Shown piece by piece: positions 47,450-57,204 of a DNA stretch of 64,000 nt. The stretch comes from Escherichia phage vB_EcoM-fFiEco06. Made by a program: the position numbers and the translations under genes. Within the stretch, counting starts at the first letter, position 1; each line of letters begins with the position of its first letter. The notes beneath the pieces were generated by a model. The model searched no databases and was not told where the DNA came from. It saw only the letters and a program-made list of their open reading frames with translations. The stretch is from the sequence record NC_054914.1; one strand, 5' to 3'.

Positions 47450-47848
47450 TTATACTCTATTACTGGAAGCCAGTTGTAGTTTTATCTGCTCAATATCATC
47501 AGGGTTATCGATGACTGAAAAGCGTATTTCTACTATCAAAGTATAATCATCATAAACCGGTATTACATTAACTGCTAATTTATCAATACGTGGCTCATAG
47601 TTTCTTACTGCGCTTTCGATATTACGCTCAACCGTGTCAGCAGTAAGAGGAGTCATATTCTCAAAAAGTTGGTCAGATAAATCGCATCCAAATTCAGGGT
47701 CAAACGGTCTTGAACCTTTTCTTGTTGTAATAATTCCTAAAAGACTATTTTTAATTGACCTTAATCCAAGTGATCTTGAAACGTCTTTGTTCCAATCCAT
47801 TTTCATCTCTGGGTCAATATCAGAATAAAGCTTATTAATATTTGCCAT
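47450..47848 (-). CDS. 25: gp25 baseplate wedge subunit
   Basis: 132 aa as T4 gp25. Confidence 0.9.
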   Translation of the reverse strand: MANINKLYSDIDPEMKMDWNKDVSRSLGLRSIKNSLLGIITTRKGSRPFDPEFGCDLSDQLFENMTPLTADTVERNIESAVRNYEPRIDKLAVNVIPVYDDYTLIVEIRFSVIDNPDDIEQIKLQLASSNRV

Positions 47849-48474
47849 TACAATAGCTCAAAGAATTCTTTGAGTCCTCTTATTACATGAGCGTGAGTTT
47901 TTCCACACTCTGGACATTTAATTGGAACAGCCAAATAAACAGTAGGCTTTAAAAGCATATCTTTTATAGCTACAATATCTGACTCTGCGATGATAGAATA
48001 TAAATCTTCCAGTTCTTTTTCATTTAAGTCTTCAACTGGAATGCTTTCACCGTTAGCATGAATCGTTTCTATACATGATACTATCATGTGGGCTATATTT
48101 TTATCATCAAAAATTTTAGGGTAATGGAATTTAATTTTAATGTCACCCAGTGTATACCAGAGGTCTTCTGGTGCATCTATTTGTGTATGTAATAGATTTA
48201 TATGGGTTGGTATTTCAGTTCCACAGGTGCACTTCCAGGAGTTTTCGTGATTAACTTCTCCAAGAGAATGCGCCCATAAATGAATCAGTAATAGTTCTGA
48301 TTCTTGGCGGTTTAAATCTTTTGCATTTGTACAGTCTTTGATTAGCTTTTTAACAATCTCTTCTACTGAACCATTCTTTTTAGCAGTAATAAGTTCTAGA
48401 TATTCTTTAAGAGTAAATGCGCGACAGTTGATTATTTTAGAACCAACTCTCACATCAAATTTGTATTCATACAT
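47848..48474 (-). CDS. 26: gp26 baseplate hub subunit
   Basis: 208 aa as T4 gp26. Confidence 0.85.
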   Translation of the reverse strand: MYEYKFDVRVGSKIINCRAFTLKEYLELITAKKNGSVEEIVKKLIKDCTNAKDLNRQESELLLIHLWAHSLGEVNHENSWKCTCGTEIPTHINLLHTQIDAPEDLWYTLGDIKIKFHYPKIFDDKNIAHMIVSCIETIHANGESIPVEDLNEKELEDLYSIIAESDIVAIKDMLLKPTVYLAVPIKCPECGKTHAHVIRGLKEFFELL

Positions 48475-48495
48475 ATTTAGCTCCTTTATTTATCA

Positions 48496-48507
48496 TATTT
48501 ATAAATA
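48496..48507. promoter_or_regulatory. overlapping divergent late promoters in palindrome TATTTATAAATA (gene 26 on minus, gene 51 on plus)
   Basis: TATAAATA on both strands sharing 4 nt, 18-22 nt from each start codon. Confidence 0.5.
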
Positions 48508-48524
48508 GAATAAAAGGAGCATCT

Positions 48525-49277
48525 ATGGCAAACATTATTCGTTGTAAATTACCAGATGGTGTTCATCGTTTTAAACCATTTACGGTAGAAGATTATCGAG
48601 ATTTTTTGTTAGTTCGAAACGATATAGAACATCGGTCACCACAAGAACAAAAAGAAGTAATTGCTGATTTAATTGCTGATTATTTTGGAGACTATCCAAA
48701 GACTTGGCAACCATTTATATTTTTGCAGGTATTTGTAGGTTCAATAGGTAAAACTAAAGTACCGGTCACATTTGTATGTCCAAAATGTAAAAAAGAAAAG
48801 ACAGTTCCATTTGAAATATATCAAAAAGAATTAAAGGAACCTGTTTTTGATGTAGCTAATGTTAAAATTAAATTAAAGTTTCCTTCTGAGTTTTATGAAA
48901 ATAAAGCAAAGATGATTACTGAAAATATTCATTCTGTTCAAGTAGATGAAATATGGTATGATTGGAAGGAAATTAGCGAGTCCAGTCAAATAGAACTAGT
49001 TGACGCCATCGAGATAGAAACATTAGAAAAAATTCTCGATGCAATGAATCCTATTAATTTAACATTGCACATGTCGTGTTGTGATAAGTACATTAAAAAA
49101 TACACTGATATAGTAGATGTGTTTAAGCTATTAGTTAATCCAGATGAGATATTTACTTTTTATCAAATTAATCACACGCTTGTAAAAAGTAATTATAGCT
49201 TAAATTCAATAATGAAAATGATTCCTGCCGAGCGCGGATTCGTATTAAAACTGATTGAGAAGGATAAACATCAATGA
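48525..49277 (+). CDS. 51: gp51 baseplate hub assembly catalyst
   Basis: 250 aa (T4 gp51 249). Confidence 0.85.
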   Translation: MANIIRCKLPDGVHRFKPFTVEDYRDFLLVRNDIEHRSPQEQKEVIADLIADYFGDYPKTWQPFIFLQVFVGSIGKTKVPVTFVCPKCKKEKTVPFEIYQKELKEPVFDVANVKIKLKFPSEFYENKAKMITENIHSVQVDEIWYDWKEISESSQIELVDAIEIETLEKILDAMNPINLTLHMSCCDKYIKKYTDIVDVFKLLVNPDEIFTFYQINHTLVKSNYSLNSIMKMIPAERGFVLKLIEKDKHQ

Positions 49278-50446
49278 GTATGTTACAACGTCCTGGATAT
49301 CCAAATCTCAGCGTTAAATTATTTGAGAGTTATGACGCTTGGAGTAATAATAGATTTGTTGAATTAGCTGCTACTATTACCACATTAACTATGCGTGACT
49401 CTCTTTATGGTCGAAATGAAGGAATGCTACAATTTTATGATTCTAAAAACATCCATACAAAAATGGATGGAAATGAAATAATTCAGATTTCTGTAGCTAA
49501 TGCAAATGATATTAATAATGTTAAAACACGAATTTATGGATGTAAGCATTTTTCCGTGTCAGTAGATTCAAAAGGCGATAACATCATTGCTATTGAATTG
49601 GGAACTATTCATTCTATAGAAAATCTTAAATTTGGTAGACCATTTTTCCCTGATGCCGGTGAATCTATAAAAGAAATGCTTGGTGTCATTTATCAAGACC
49701 GTACATTATTAACTCCAGCAATAAATGCTATAAATGCTTATGTTCCTGATATTCCATGGACTAGCACATTTGAAAACTATTTGTCATATGTCAGAGAAGT
49801 TGCTCTAGCTGTAGGAAGTGACAAATTTGTATTTGTATGGCAAGACATCATGGGAGTTAACATGATGGACTATGATATGATGATAAATCAAGAACCATAT
49901 CCAATGATTGTAGGTGAGCCAACTTTAATAGGTCAATTCGTCCAAGAATTGAAATATCCATTAGCATATGATTTTGTTTGGTTGACTAAATCAAACCCGC
50001 ATAAACGTGATCCAATGAAAAATGCTACTATCTATGCTCATTCGTTTTTAGATTCTTCACTGCCAATGATTACTACAGGAAAGGGTGAAAACTCTATTGT
50101 AGTGTCAAGGTCAGGTGCTTATTCTGAAATGACTTATAGAAATGGCTATGAAGAAGCTATTCGTCTTCAAACTATGGCGCAATATGATGGCTATGCTAAA
50201 TGTTCTACTGTCGGTAATTTTAACTTGACTCCTGGTGTTAAAATTATTTTTAATGATAGTAAAAACCAATTTAAAACAGAATTTTACGTTGATGAAGTTA
50301 TCCATGAATTATCAAATAATAATTCAGTAACTCATCTATATATGTTCACTAATGCGACGAAACTGGAAACAATAGACCCAGTTAAGGTTAAAAATGAATT
50401 TAAATCTGATACTACCACTGAAGAAAGTAGTTCTTCCAATAAGTAA
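49274..50446 (+). CDS. 27: gp27 baseplate hub subunit
   Basis: 390 aa (T4 gp27 391). Confidence 0.9.
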   Translation: MSMLQRPGYPNLSVKLFESYDAWSNNRFVELAATITTLTMRDSLYGRNEGMLQFYDSKNIHTKMDGNEIIQISVANANDINNVKTRIYGCKHFSVSVDSKGDNIIAIELGTIHSIENLKFGRPFFPDAGESIKEMLGVIYQDRTLLTPAINAINAYVPDIPWTSTFENYLSYVREVALAVGSDKFVFVWQDIMGVNMMDYDMMINQEPYPMIVGEPTLIGQFVQELKYPLAYDFVWLTKSNPHKRDPMKNATIYAHSFLDSSLPMITTGKGENSIVVSRSGAYSEMTYRNGYEEAIRLQTMAQYDGYAKCSTVGNFNLTPGVKIIFNDSKNQFKTEFYVDEVIHELSNNNSVTHLYMFTNATKLETIDPVKVKNEFKSDTTTEESSSSNK

Positions 50447-50927
50447 TAAAGAAGTTTCTATTCCTAAGATGGGTCTTAAACATTATAACATTTTAAAAGA
50501 TGTTAAAGGTCCTGATGAAAATTTAAAACTTCTTATTGATTCTATTTGTCCGAATTTATCACCGGCAGAAGTTGATTTCGTTTCCATTCATTTATTGGAA
50601 TTTAATGGAAAGATTAAATCCCGTAAAGAAATAGATGGTTATACTTATGACATTAATGATGTTTATGTGTGCCAAAGATTAGAATTTCAATACCAAGGAA
50701 ATACATTTTATTTTAGACCTCCTGGAAAATTTGAGCAATTTTTGACAGTAAGCGATATGTTATCTAAATGCTTGCTTAAGGTCAATGATGAAGTTAAAGA
50801 AATTAATTTTCTTGAGATGCCAGCATTTGTTTTAAAATGGGCAAATGATATTTCTACAACTTTAGCAATTCCTGGCCCTAATGGTCCAATAACCGGAATT
50901 GGCAATATTATTGGATTATTTGAATGA
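50394..50927 (+). CDS. 28: gp28 baseplate hub distal subunit
   Basis: 177 aa as T4 gp28; 53-nt out-of-frame overlap with gene 27. Confidence 0.85.
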   Translation: MNLNLILPLKKVVLPISNKEVSIPKMGLKHYNILKDVKGPDENLKLLIDSICPNLSPAEVDFVSIHLLEFNGKIKSRKEIDGYTYDINDVYVCQRLEFQYQGNTFYFRPPGKFEQFLTVSDMLSKCLLKVNDEVKEINFLEMPAFVLKWANDISTTLAIPGPNGPITGIGNIIGLFE

Positions 50928-52696
50928 AAAAGCCACAAGAAATGCAAACGATGCGTAGAAAAGTTATTTCAGATAATAAACCAACACAGGAAGCGGCTAA
51001 ATCCGCTTCTAATACTTTATCTGGTCTTAATGACATTTCTACAAAATTAGATGATGCTCAAGCTGCCTCTGAATTAATAGCTCAGACTGTTGAAGAAAAA
51101 TCAAATGAAATAGTTGGAGCAATTGATAACGTTGAAAGCGCAGTGAGTGATACTACTGCCGGTTCTGAGTTAATTGCCGAGACTGTTGAAATTGGCAATA
51201 ATATCAATAAAGAAATAGGCGAATCACTCGGAAGCAAATTAGATAAATTAACGAGTTTATTAGAACAAAAAATTCAAACAGCTGGAATTCAACAGACTGG
51301 AACGAGTTTAGCAGTAGTCGAAAATGCTATTCCTGTTAAAGTCGTCGAGGATGATACAGCTGAATCTGTGGGTCCTTTATTACCGGCTCCTGAAGCAGTT
51401 AATAATGATCCTGATGCTGATTTTTTCCCTACTCCTCAGCCAATTGAACCAAAACAAGAGTCTCCAGAAGAGAAGCAAAAAAGAGACGCATTTAACTTAA
51501 AATTATCTCAAGCTTTAGATAAATTAACAAAGACAGTTGATTTCGGATTTAAGAAATCTATTTCAATTACTGATAAAATATCTAGCATGCTATTTAAGTA
51601 TACCGTCAGTGCTGCTATTGAAGCTGCTAAAATGGTTGCATTGATAATGGCTGTTGTTATTGGAATAGACCTGCTGATGGTTCATTTTAAATACTGGTCA
51701 GATAAATTTTCAAAAGCCTGGGATTTATTTAGCACTGATTTTAAAACTTTCTCAAGCGAAACAGGAACTTGGGGCCCTTTATTACAAAGCATCTTTGAAT
51801 CTATTGATGAAATTAAAAAGTTCTGGGAAGCTGGAGATTGGGGCGGATTAACAGTAGCTATTGTTGAAGGGCTTGGAAGTGTTCTTTATAATTTAGGAGA
51901 GCTTATTCAATTAGGTATGGCTAAATTATCTGCAGCAATTCTTCGAGTCATTCCTGGCATGAAGGATACTGCTGATGAAGTAGAAGGAAGAGCATTAGAA
52001 AATTTCCAAAATTCTACTGGAGCATCTCTTAATAAAGAAGACCAAGAAAAAGTAGCAAATTATCAAGATAAACGAATGAATGATGATCTTGGCCCAATAG
52101 CAAAAGGATTAGACAAAATTGCGAACTGGAAAACTCGTGCATCTAACTGGATTCGTGGTGTAGATAATAAAGAAGCATTGACTACTGACGAAGAACGTGC
52201 AGCAGAAGAAGAAAAATTAAAACAACTTTCACCGGAAGAAAGAAAAAATGCTTTAATGAAAGCTAATGAAGCTCGTGCTGCGATGATTCGTTTTGAAAAA
52301 TATGCTGATTCAGCTGATATGAGCAAAGACTCGACAGTTAAATCAATTGAAGCTGCTCATGAAGACCTTAAAAAACGAATGAATGATCCGGATTTAAATA
52401 ATTCACCAGCAGTTAAAAAAGAACTTGCTTCTAGATTTGCTAAAATTGATGCCACTTATCAAGAGCTCAAGAAAAATCAACCTGAAGCAAAACCTGAAAC
52501 TTCTGCTAAATCACCAGAAGCAAAACAGGTCCAGGTGATTGAAAAGAACAAAGCACAACAAGCTCCTGTTCAACAAGCATCTCCTTCAATCAATAATACT
52601 AATAATGTTATTAAGAAAAATACTGTCGTTCATAATATGACACCTGTCACAAGCACAACTGCTCCTGGTGTATTTGGTGCGACGGGAGTTAATTAA
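50924..52696 (+). CDS. 29: gp29 baseplate hub subunit / tail length determinator
   Basis: 590 aa as T4 gp29. Confidence 0.9.
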   Translation: MKKPQEMQTMRRKVISDNKPTQEAAKSASNTLSGLNDISTKLDDAQAASELIAQTVEEKSNEIVGAIDNVESAVSDTTAGSELIAETVEIGNNINKEIGESLGSKLDKLTSLLEQKIQTAGIQQTGTSLAVVENAIPVKVVEDDTAESVGPLLPAPEAVNNDPDADFFPTPQPIEPKQESPEEKQKRDAFNLKLSQALDKLTKTVDFGFKKSISITDKISSMLFKYTVSAAIEAAKMVALIMAVVIGIDLLMVHFKYWSDKFSKAWDLFSTDFKTFSSETGTWGPLLQSIFESIDEIKKFWEAGDWGGLTVAIVEGLGSVLYNLGELIQLGMAKLSAAILRVIPGMKDTADEVEGRALENFQNSTGASLNKEDQEKVANYQDKRMNDDLGPIAKGLDKIANWKTRASNWIRGVDNKEALTTDEERAAEEEKLKQLSPEERKNALMKANEARAAMIRFEKYADSADMSKDSTVKSIEAAHEDLKKRMNDPDLNNSPAVKKELASRFAKIDATYQELKKNQPEAKPETSAKSPEAKQVQVIEKNKAQQAPVQQASPSINNTNNVIKKNTVVHNMTPVTSTTAPGVFGATGVN

Positions 52697-52704
52697 GGAA
52701 TAAT

Positions 52705-53799
52705 ATGGCAATTGTTAAAGAAATAACTGCTGATTTAATTAAAAAGTCCGGTGAAACAATTTCAGCCGGACAGAGTACTAAATCAGAAGTAGGAACTAAA
52801 ACATACACAGCCCAGTTTCCAACTGGGCGTGCTAGTGGTAATGACACTACAGGGGACTTCCAGGTAACAGATCTATATAAGAATGGATTATTATTTACTG
52901 CATACAATATGTCATCTAGGGATTCTGGAAGTCTTAGAACGATGAGATCTAACTACTCTTCTTCATCTTCGAGTATTTTACGTACAGCCAGAAACACTAT
53001 CAGTAATACAGTATCAAAACTATCAAATGGACTAATATCAGATAATAATTCAGGAACAATAAGTAAAGTTCCTGTTGCAAATATTCTTTTACCTAGATCT
53101 AAATCTGACGTCGATACGTCATCACATAGATTTAATGATGTTCAAGATAGTCTTATTACAAAAGGTGGAGGTACTGCTACTGGTGTGCTAAGCAATATGG
53201 CTTCAACCGCAGTATTTGGAGCGCTGGAAAGTATAACACAAGGTATAATGGCTGATAATAATGAACAGATTTATACGACAGCCAGAAGCATGTACGGCGG
53301 TGCTGAAAATAGAACTAAAGTGTTCACTTGGGATTTGACTCCGCGCTCAACAGAAGATTTAATGGCTATTATTAATATCTATCAGTATTTTAACTATTTT
53401 TCTTACGGTGAAACTGGTAAATCTCAATATGCTGCTGAAATAAAAGGATATTTAGATGAGTGGTACCGTTCTACTTTTATTGAGCCGTTAACTCCAGAAG
53501 ATGCAGTTAAAAATAAGACGTTATTTGAGAAAATGACATCGAGTTTAACTAACGTTCTTGTAGTTTCAAACCCGACAATTTGGATGGTGAAAAACTTTGG
53601 TGCAACATCTAAGTTTGATGGAAAAACGGAAATATTCGGTCCATGTCAAATCCAGAGTATCAGATTTGATAAAACACCTAATGGTAACTTTAACGGATTA
53701 GCTATTGCTCCAAATCTCCCTAGTACATTTACTCTCGAGATTACTATGAGAGAAATTATCACGTTAAACCGTGCTTCTTTATATGCGGGGACTTTTTAA
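52705..53799 (+). CDS. 48: gp48 baseplate tail tube cap
   Basis: 364 aa as T4 gp48. Confidence 0.9.
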   Translation: MAIVKEITADLIKKSGETISAGQSTKSEVGTKTYTAQFPTGRASGNDTTGDFQVTDLYKNGLLFTAYNMSSRDSGSLRTMRSNYSSSSSSILRTARNTISNTVSKLSNGLISDNNSGTISKVPVANILLPRSKSDVDTSSHRFNDVQDSLITKGGGTATGVLSNMASTAVFGALESITQGIMADNNEQIYTTARSMYGGAENRTKVFTWDLTPRSTEDLMAIINIYQYFNYFSYGETGKSQYAAEIKGYLDEWYRSTFIEPLTPEDAVKNKTLFEKMTSSLTNVLVVSNPTIWMVKNFGATSKFDGKTEIFGPCQIQSIRFDKTPNGNFNGLAIAPNLPSTFTLEITMREIITLNRASLYAGTF

Positions 53800-54764
53800 T
53801 GTATTCTTTAGAGGAATTTAATAATCAAGCAATAAACGCAGATTTCCAACGTAATAATATGTTCAGCTGTGTTTTTGCTACAACTCCATCAACTAAAAGC
53901 TCTTCGTTGATAAGTTCAATTAGCAACTTTTCTTATAATAACTTGGGCCTAAATTCAGATTGGTTAGGATTAACTCAAGGCGATATTAATCAGGGAATTA
54001 CTACGCTAATTACAGCTGGCACACAAAAACTGATAAGAAAATCAGGGGTTAGTAAATATCTTATTGGTGCCATGAGTCAACGTACAGTTCAAAGTTTATT
54101 AGGCTCATTTACAGTTGGTACATATTTAATTGACTTCTTTAACGTGGCATATAACTCATCTGGATTGATGATATACTCTGTAAAAATGCCAGAGAATAGA
54201 TTATCCTATGAAACTGACTGGAACTATAATTCTCCTAATATTCGTATAACTGGGAGAGAATTAGACCCTTTGGTTATTTCATTCAGAATGGATTCAGAAG
54301 CTTGTAACTATCGTGCAATGCAAGACTGGGTTAACGCTGTTCAAGACCCAGTAACTGGATTGCGTGCTTTGCCGCAAGATGTCGAGGCAGATATTCAGGT
54401 TAATCTTCATTCTCGCAATGGATTACCACATACTGCGGTGATGTTCACTGGATGCATTCCAGTGTCCGTAAGCGCTCCTGAGTTATCATATGATGGAGAT
54501 AACCAAATAACTACATTTGATGTTACTTTTGCGTATAGAGTGATGCAGGCTGGAGCAGTTGATAGACAAGCTGCCCTTGAATGGCTTGAATCTGCTACTA
54601 TAAATGGTATTCAAAGCGTTCTCGGAAATAGTGGAGGTGTTACTGGACTATCTAATTCGCTTTCACGACTTAGTAGATTAGGGGGAACTGCAGGAAGCAT
54701 TTCAAATATTAATACTATGACAGGAATTGTCAATTCGCAGAGTAAAATATTAGGAGCAATATAA
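53799..54764 (+). CDS. 54: gp54 baseplate tail tube initiator
   Basis: 321 aa (T4 gp54 320). Confidence 0.9.
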   Translation: MYSLEEFNNQAINADFQRNNMFSCVFATTPSTKSSSLISSISNFSYNNLGLNSDWLGLTQGDINQGITTLITAGTQKLIRKSGVSKYLIGAMSQRTVQSLLGSFTVGTYLIDFFNVAYNSSGLMIYSVKMPENRLSYETDWNYNSPNIRITGRELDPLVISFRMDSEACNYRAMQDWVNAVQDPVTGLRALPQDVEADIQVNLHSRNGLPHTAVMFTGCIPVSVSAPELSYDGDNQITTFDVTFAYRVMQAGAVDRQAALEWLESATINGIQSVLGNSGGVTGLSNSLSRLSRLGGTAGSISNINTMTGIVNSQSKILGAI

Positions 54765-54768
54765 CAAT

Positions 54769-54795
54769 GGGGACCTTTCGGTCCCCATATTTTTA
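54769..54795. terminator. bidirectional terminator between gene 54 (+) and minus-strand ORF
   Basis: GGGGACC-TTTC-GGTCCCC followed by ATATTTTTATTT. Confidence 0.65.
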
Positions 54796-55083
54796 TTTAC
54801 GGAATGAAATGAAAGCAGAAACTGAAGCAACTAAACTGTCTTCAATATAAACTTCAATTTTTACCGGAGCTTCTGACTCAAATTTACCTGTTACTACACC
54901 TTGGAAAATACTTTCAGTCTGTTCTGGCTTTGAAAAATTTTCAGAAGGAAAAATTCCGAACTTTTTATCTGTTCCAAAAATTTTGATAAATTCATCGTAA
55001 ACTGCTTCATTAAAAGCATTATCAGCAGGAATAACTCCTTCAACTACAAGTTCTTGACCTAAAAAGCGCAAAGAAGATTTCAT
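54793..55083 (-). CDS. hypothetical protein
   Basis: 96 aa ORF, ATG start; early-promoter-like element upstream. Confidence 0.5.
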   Translation of the reverse strand: MKSSLRFLGQELVVEGVIPADNAFNEAVYDEFIKIFGTDKKFGIFPSENFSKPEQTESIFQGVVTGKFESEAPVKIEVYIEDSLVASVSAFISFRK

Positions 55084-55114
55084 TTTGTGTTCCTCATGTT
55101 ATGTCAGTAAGACT

Positions 55115-55144
55115 ACTATAACACAACACGAGGGACTTGTAAAC
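55115..55144 (-). promoter_or_regulatory. putative early promoter (-35 GTTTAC, 18-nt spacer, TGTTATAGT)
   Basis: Same GTTTAC/extended -10 architecture as ip-locus promoters; lies over the 3' end of the alt-like gene. Confidence 0.4.
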
Positions 55145-57201
55145 TACATTTTGAACTTTTTAGACATTCCGTTGATGTTAACCAAAGAAGTCAAGATTTG
55201 AGAAACTTCATTTTCCTCTTCTTTTGATTCTTCTACAAGGAATTGATTAAATCCAGCCATTGGACGAACTTCACCAGTTTCCATTAGATGGTCTCCATCA
55301 TATACTGATTCTTCTAATTGTTCAGAAGGAGGAACGATTGTACCTTCGATTAGATACTTGTTATAAGCAGTTTCTTTCATAAAGTACGTACTTACTTTAT
55401 TAATCTTCAGTAAAATTCCACGTGGTAGAATAACTTCAGCTTCTGATGGAAATCCTGATAAATGACCTGGAACGATAACTTTGATTCGCTCAGCTCCTTT
55501 AATTACCATACCCACGCTAGTTTCTGCATCTTCATTAGCATATGTAGAATGACTACCCATATGCATCAAATCTTCTGCATCAACGGAACCTTCTCCTTCA
55601 CCAGAAAATACTGCGCCGGAATCATCTAGAGCCATATAGTTTTTACCATGCTCACCGAAGATATTTGGTTTAAGCGATGTGGATACGAAGTTCTTGAAAT
55701 AGAACATTTTATTTTCAATGTTATGACGCAAAGTTTTAAAGGTAACTTCTTGCCCACGGTAAAGTGTAGTTCCTGGAGGAAGAACTGATCCTTTGGCAAA
55801 GGCAGAATCTAACGTCTCGATGTGCTTAATAGCTCGTTCCATGTATTCTTCACGGGTAGAATCTGGTTTACCCAAAAGGAACGAGTTCATTTCAACATAT
55901 GAATCTGCACAATAATCTTCAATTACATCAGATTCAGCCTGAGTCAGTCCTTTTGGAGCTACTTCGGTGCTTGCGTATTCATATGCCTGGGCAGCAGATT
56001 CATTAATCAATTTATAAATGCCATTCATTACAAATTGAATAATAGCTGTCTTTTCATCTGGTGTGGTTTTAGAACCTTTAACTAAATCATTAATAATTTT
56101 CTTAATAACATCAAAGCTATTAGAAATATTAATGTCAGCAAGATCGCTTAAAATTTTATCAGTTTTATAATCAAAGAATTCTTTATTCTTTAAATATTCT
56201 TGAGAACCTTGATATGTTATATCGCTCTGCAACTTGATAGATGGATCACGTAAACGTGCATGGGCCAATGCAATATGATTTCGGAAGCTTTCTAGTTCAT
56301 AATCGCTAGATTTAAAACGAGAAGCACTTCTCATACCACCGATAGCTCCTTTGCTGAAGTTTGAACCAATCTGGATAACGCCAGAGTTCATTGGTCCTTC
56401 TGCTTTATATACCGGAACTTTAGATTCAAACTCTTGATATTTCTTGGCAGCGAAGCTATCACCCTGTAGCGAAGCATCGACAGTAGAATATTGAGCTTGT
56501 GCTGCTAATCGACGACTAATTTTAGTTTTCTGAATAACAGCTTGGTCCGTGCGCTTATCATTTTCTAAAGCAATAGAAGCAGCAACAGCGACAGCTTTAG
56601 GAACAGCATTTCCTGTTTTAACGTCTACATAAACATCACCGACCTTTGATTCAACTTTTGTGAATAACTCAGTTGAAATGGGAGGTACACCTGGAATGTC
56701 TTCTAAATTGGCATTTTTACGGTAAACCATAATATATGCGTACTTTTTATCGTAATCCCAGATTTCCTTTAAAAGAACATATCGACCTGCTCCTTTAGTA
56801 CGTACTAAACGGTCAGCAATAACTTGCATTTGACGAGCTGCGCCATTTGTTTTACTCTTTAGTACACGGAATAAGCACGCGTCAATTTTATACTGCTTCA
56901 TTGTTTGAAGAGCAGTATCAAAAACGGCATTAATGACACCAATTGGATTTCCACCCAAGTTTTTAAGCTTAACTAATGATAGTTTCTCATTAACACCTAT
57001 CATTACGATATGCATCATTTTATCGCCTGGCTTAACGTTTTTATTCGTATCACCACCAGAGGTGTATGTACAAAATCTAAATCCAGGAAGCACGCTTTCT
57101 TCGCCGGCTTGAATAGCAAAAATTTGTGGTATTTTATGCTTAGGATTTAAGTTAACAACCGGCGCCGAAGCGCCGTCAAATAATTCTGTAATAAGTTCCA
57201 T
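55144..57201 (-). CDS. Alt-family ADP-ribosyltransferase paralog (distal copy)
   Basis: 685 aa; N-terminal region near-identical in blocks to the upstream copy; R-S-E ART signature TLYRGQ / NFVSTSL / EAEVILPRG. Confidence 0.8.
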   Translation of the reverse strand: MELITELFDGASAPVVNLNPKHKIPQIFAIQAGEESVLPGFRFCTYTSGGDTNKNVKPGDKMMHIVMIGVNEKLSLVKLKNLGGNPIGVINAVFDTALQTMKQYKIDACLFRVLKSKTNGAARQMQVIADRLVRTKGAGRYVLLKEIWDYDKKYAYIMVYRKNANLEDIPGVPPISTELFTKVESKVGDVYVDVKTGNAVPKAVAVAASIALENDKRTDQAVIQKTKISRRLAAQAQYSTVDASLQGDSFAAKKYQEFESKVPVYKAEGPMNSGVIQIGSNFSKGAIGGMRSASRFKSSDYELESFRNHIALAHARLRDPSIKLQSDITYQGSQEYLKNKEFFDYKTDKILSDLADINISNSFDVIKKIINDLVKGSKTTPDEKTAIIQFVMNGIYKLINESAAQAYEYASTEVAPKGLTQAESDVIEDYCADSYVEMNSFLLGKPDSTREEYMERAIKHIETLDSAFAKGSVLPPGTTLYRGQEVTFKTLRHNIENKMFYFKNFVSTSLKPNIFGEHGKNYMALDDSGAVFSGEGEGSVDAEDLMHMGSHSTYANEDAETSVGMVIKGAERIKVIVPGHLSGFPSEAEVILPRGILLKINKVSTYFMKETAYNKYLIEGTIVPPSEQLEESVYDGDHLMETGEVRPMAGFNQFLVEESKEEENEVSQILTSLVNINGMSKKFKM

Positions 57202-57204
57202 GAT

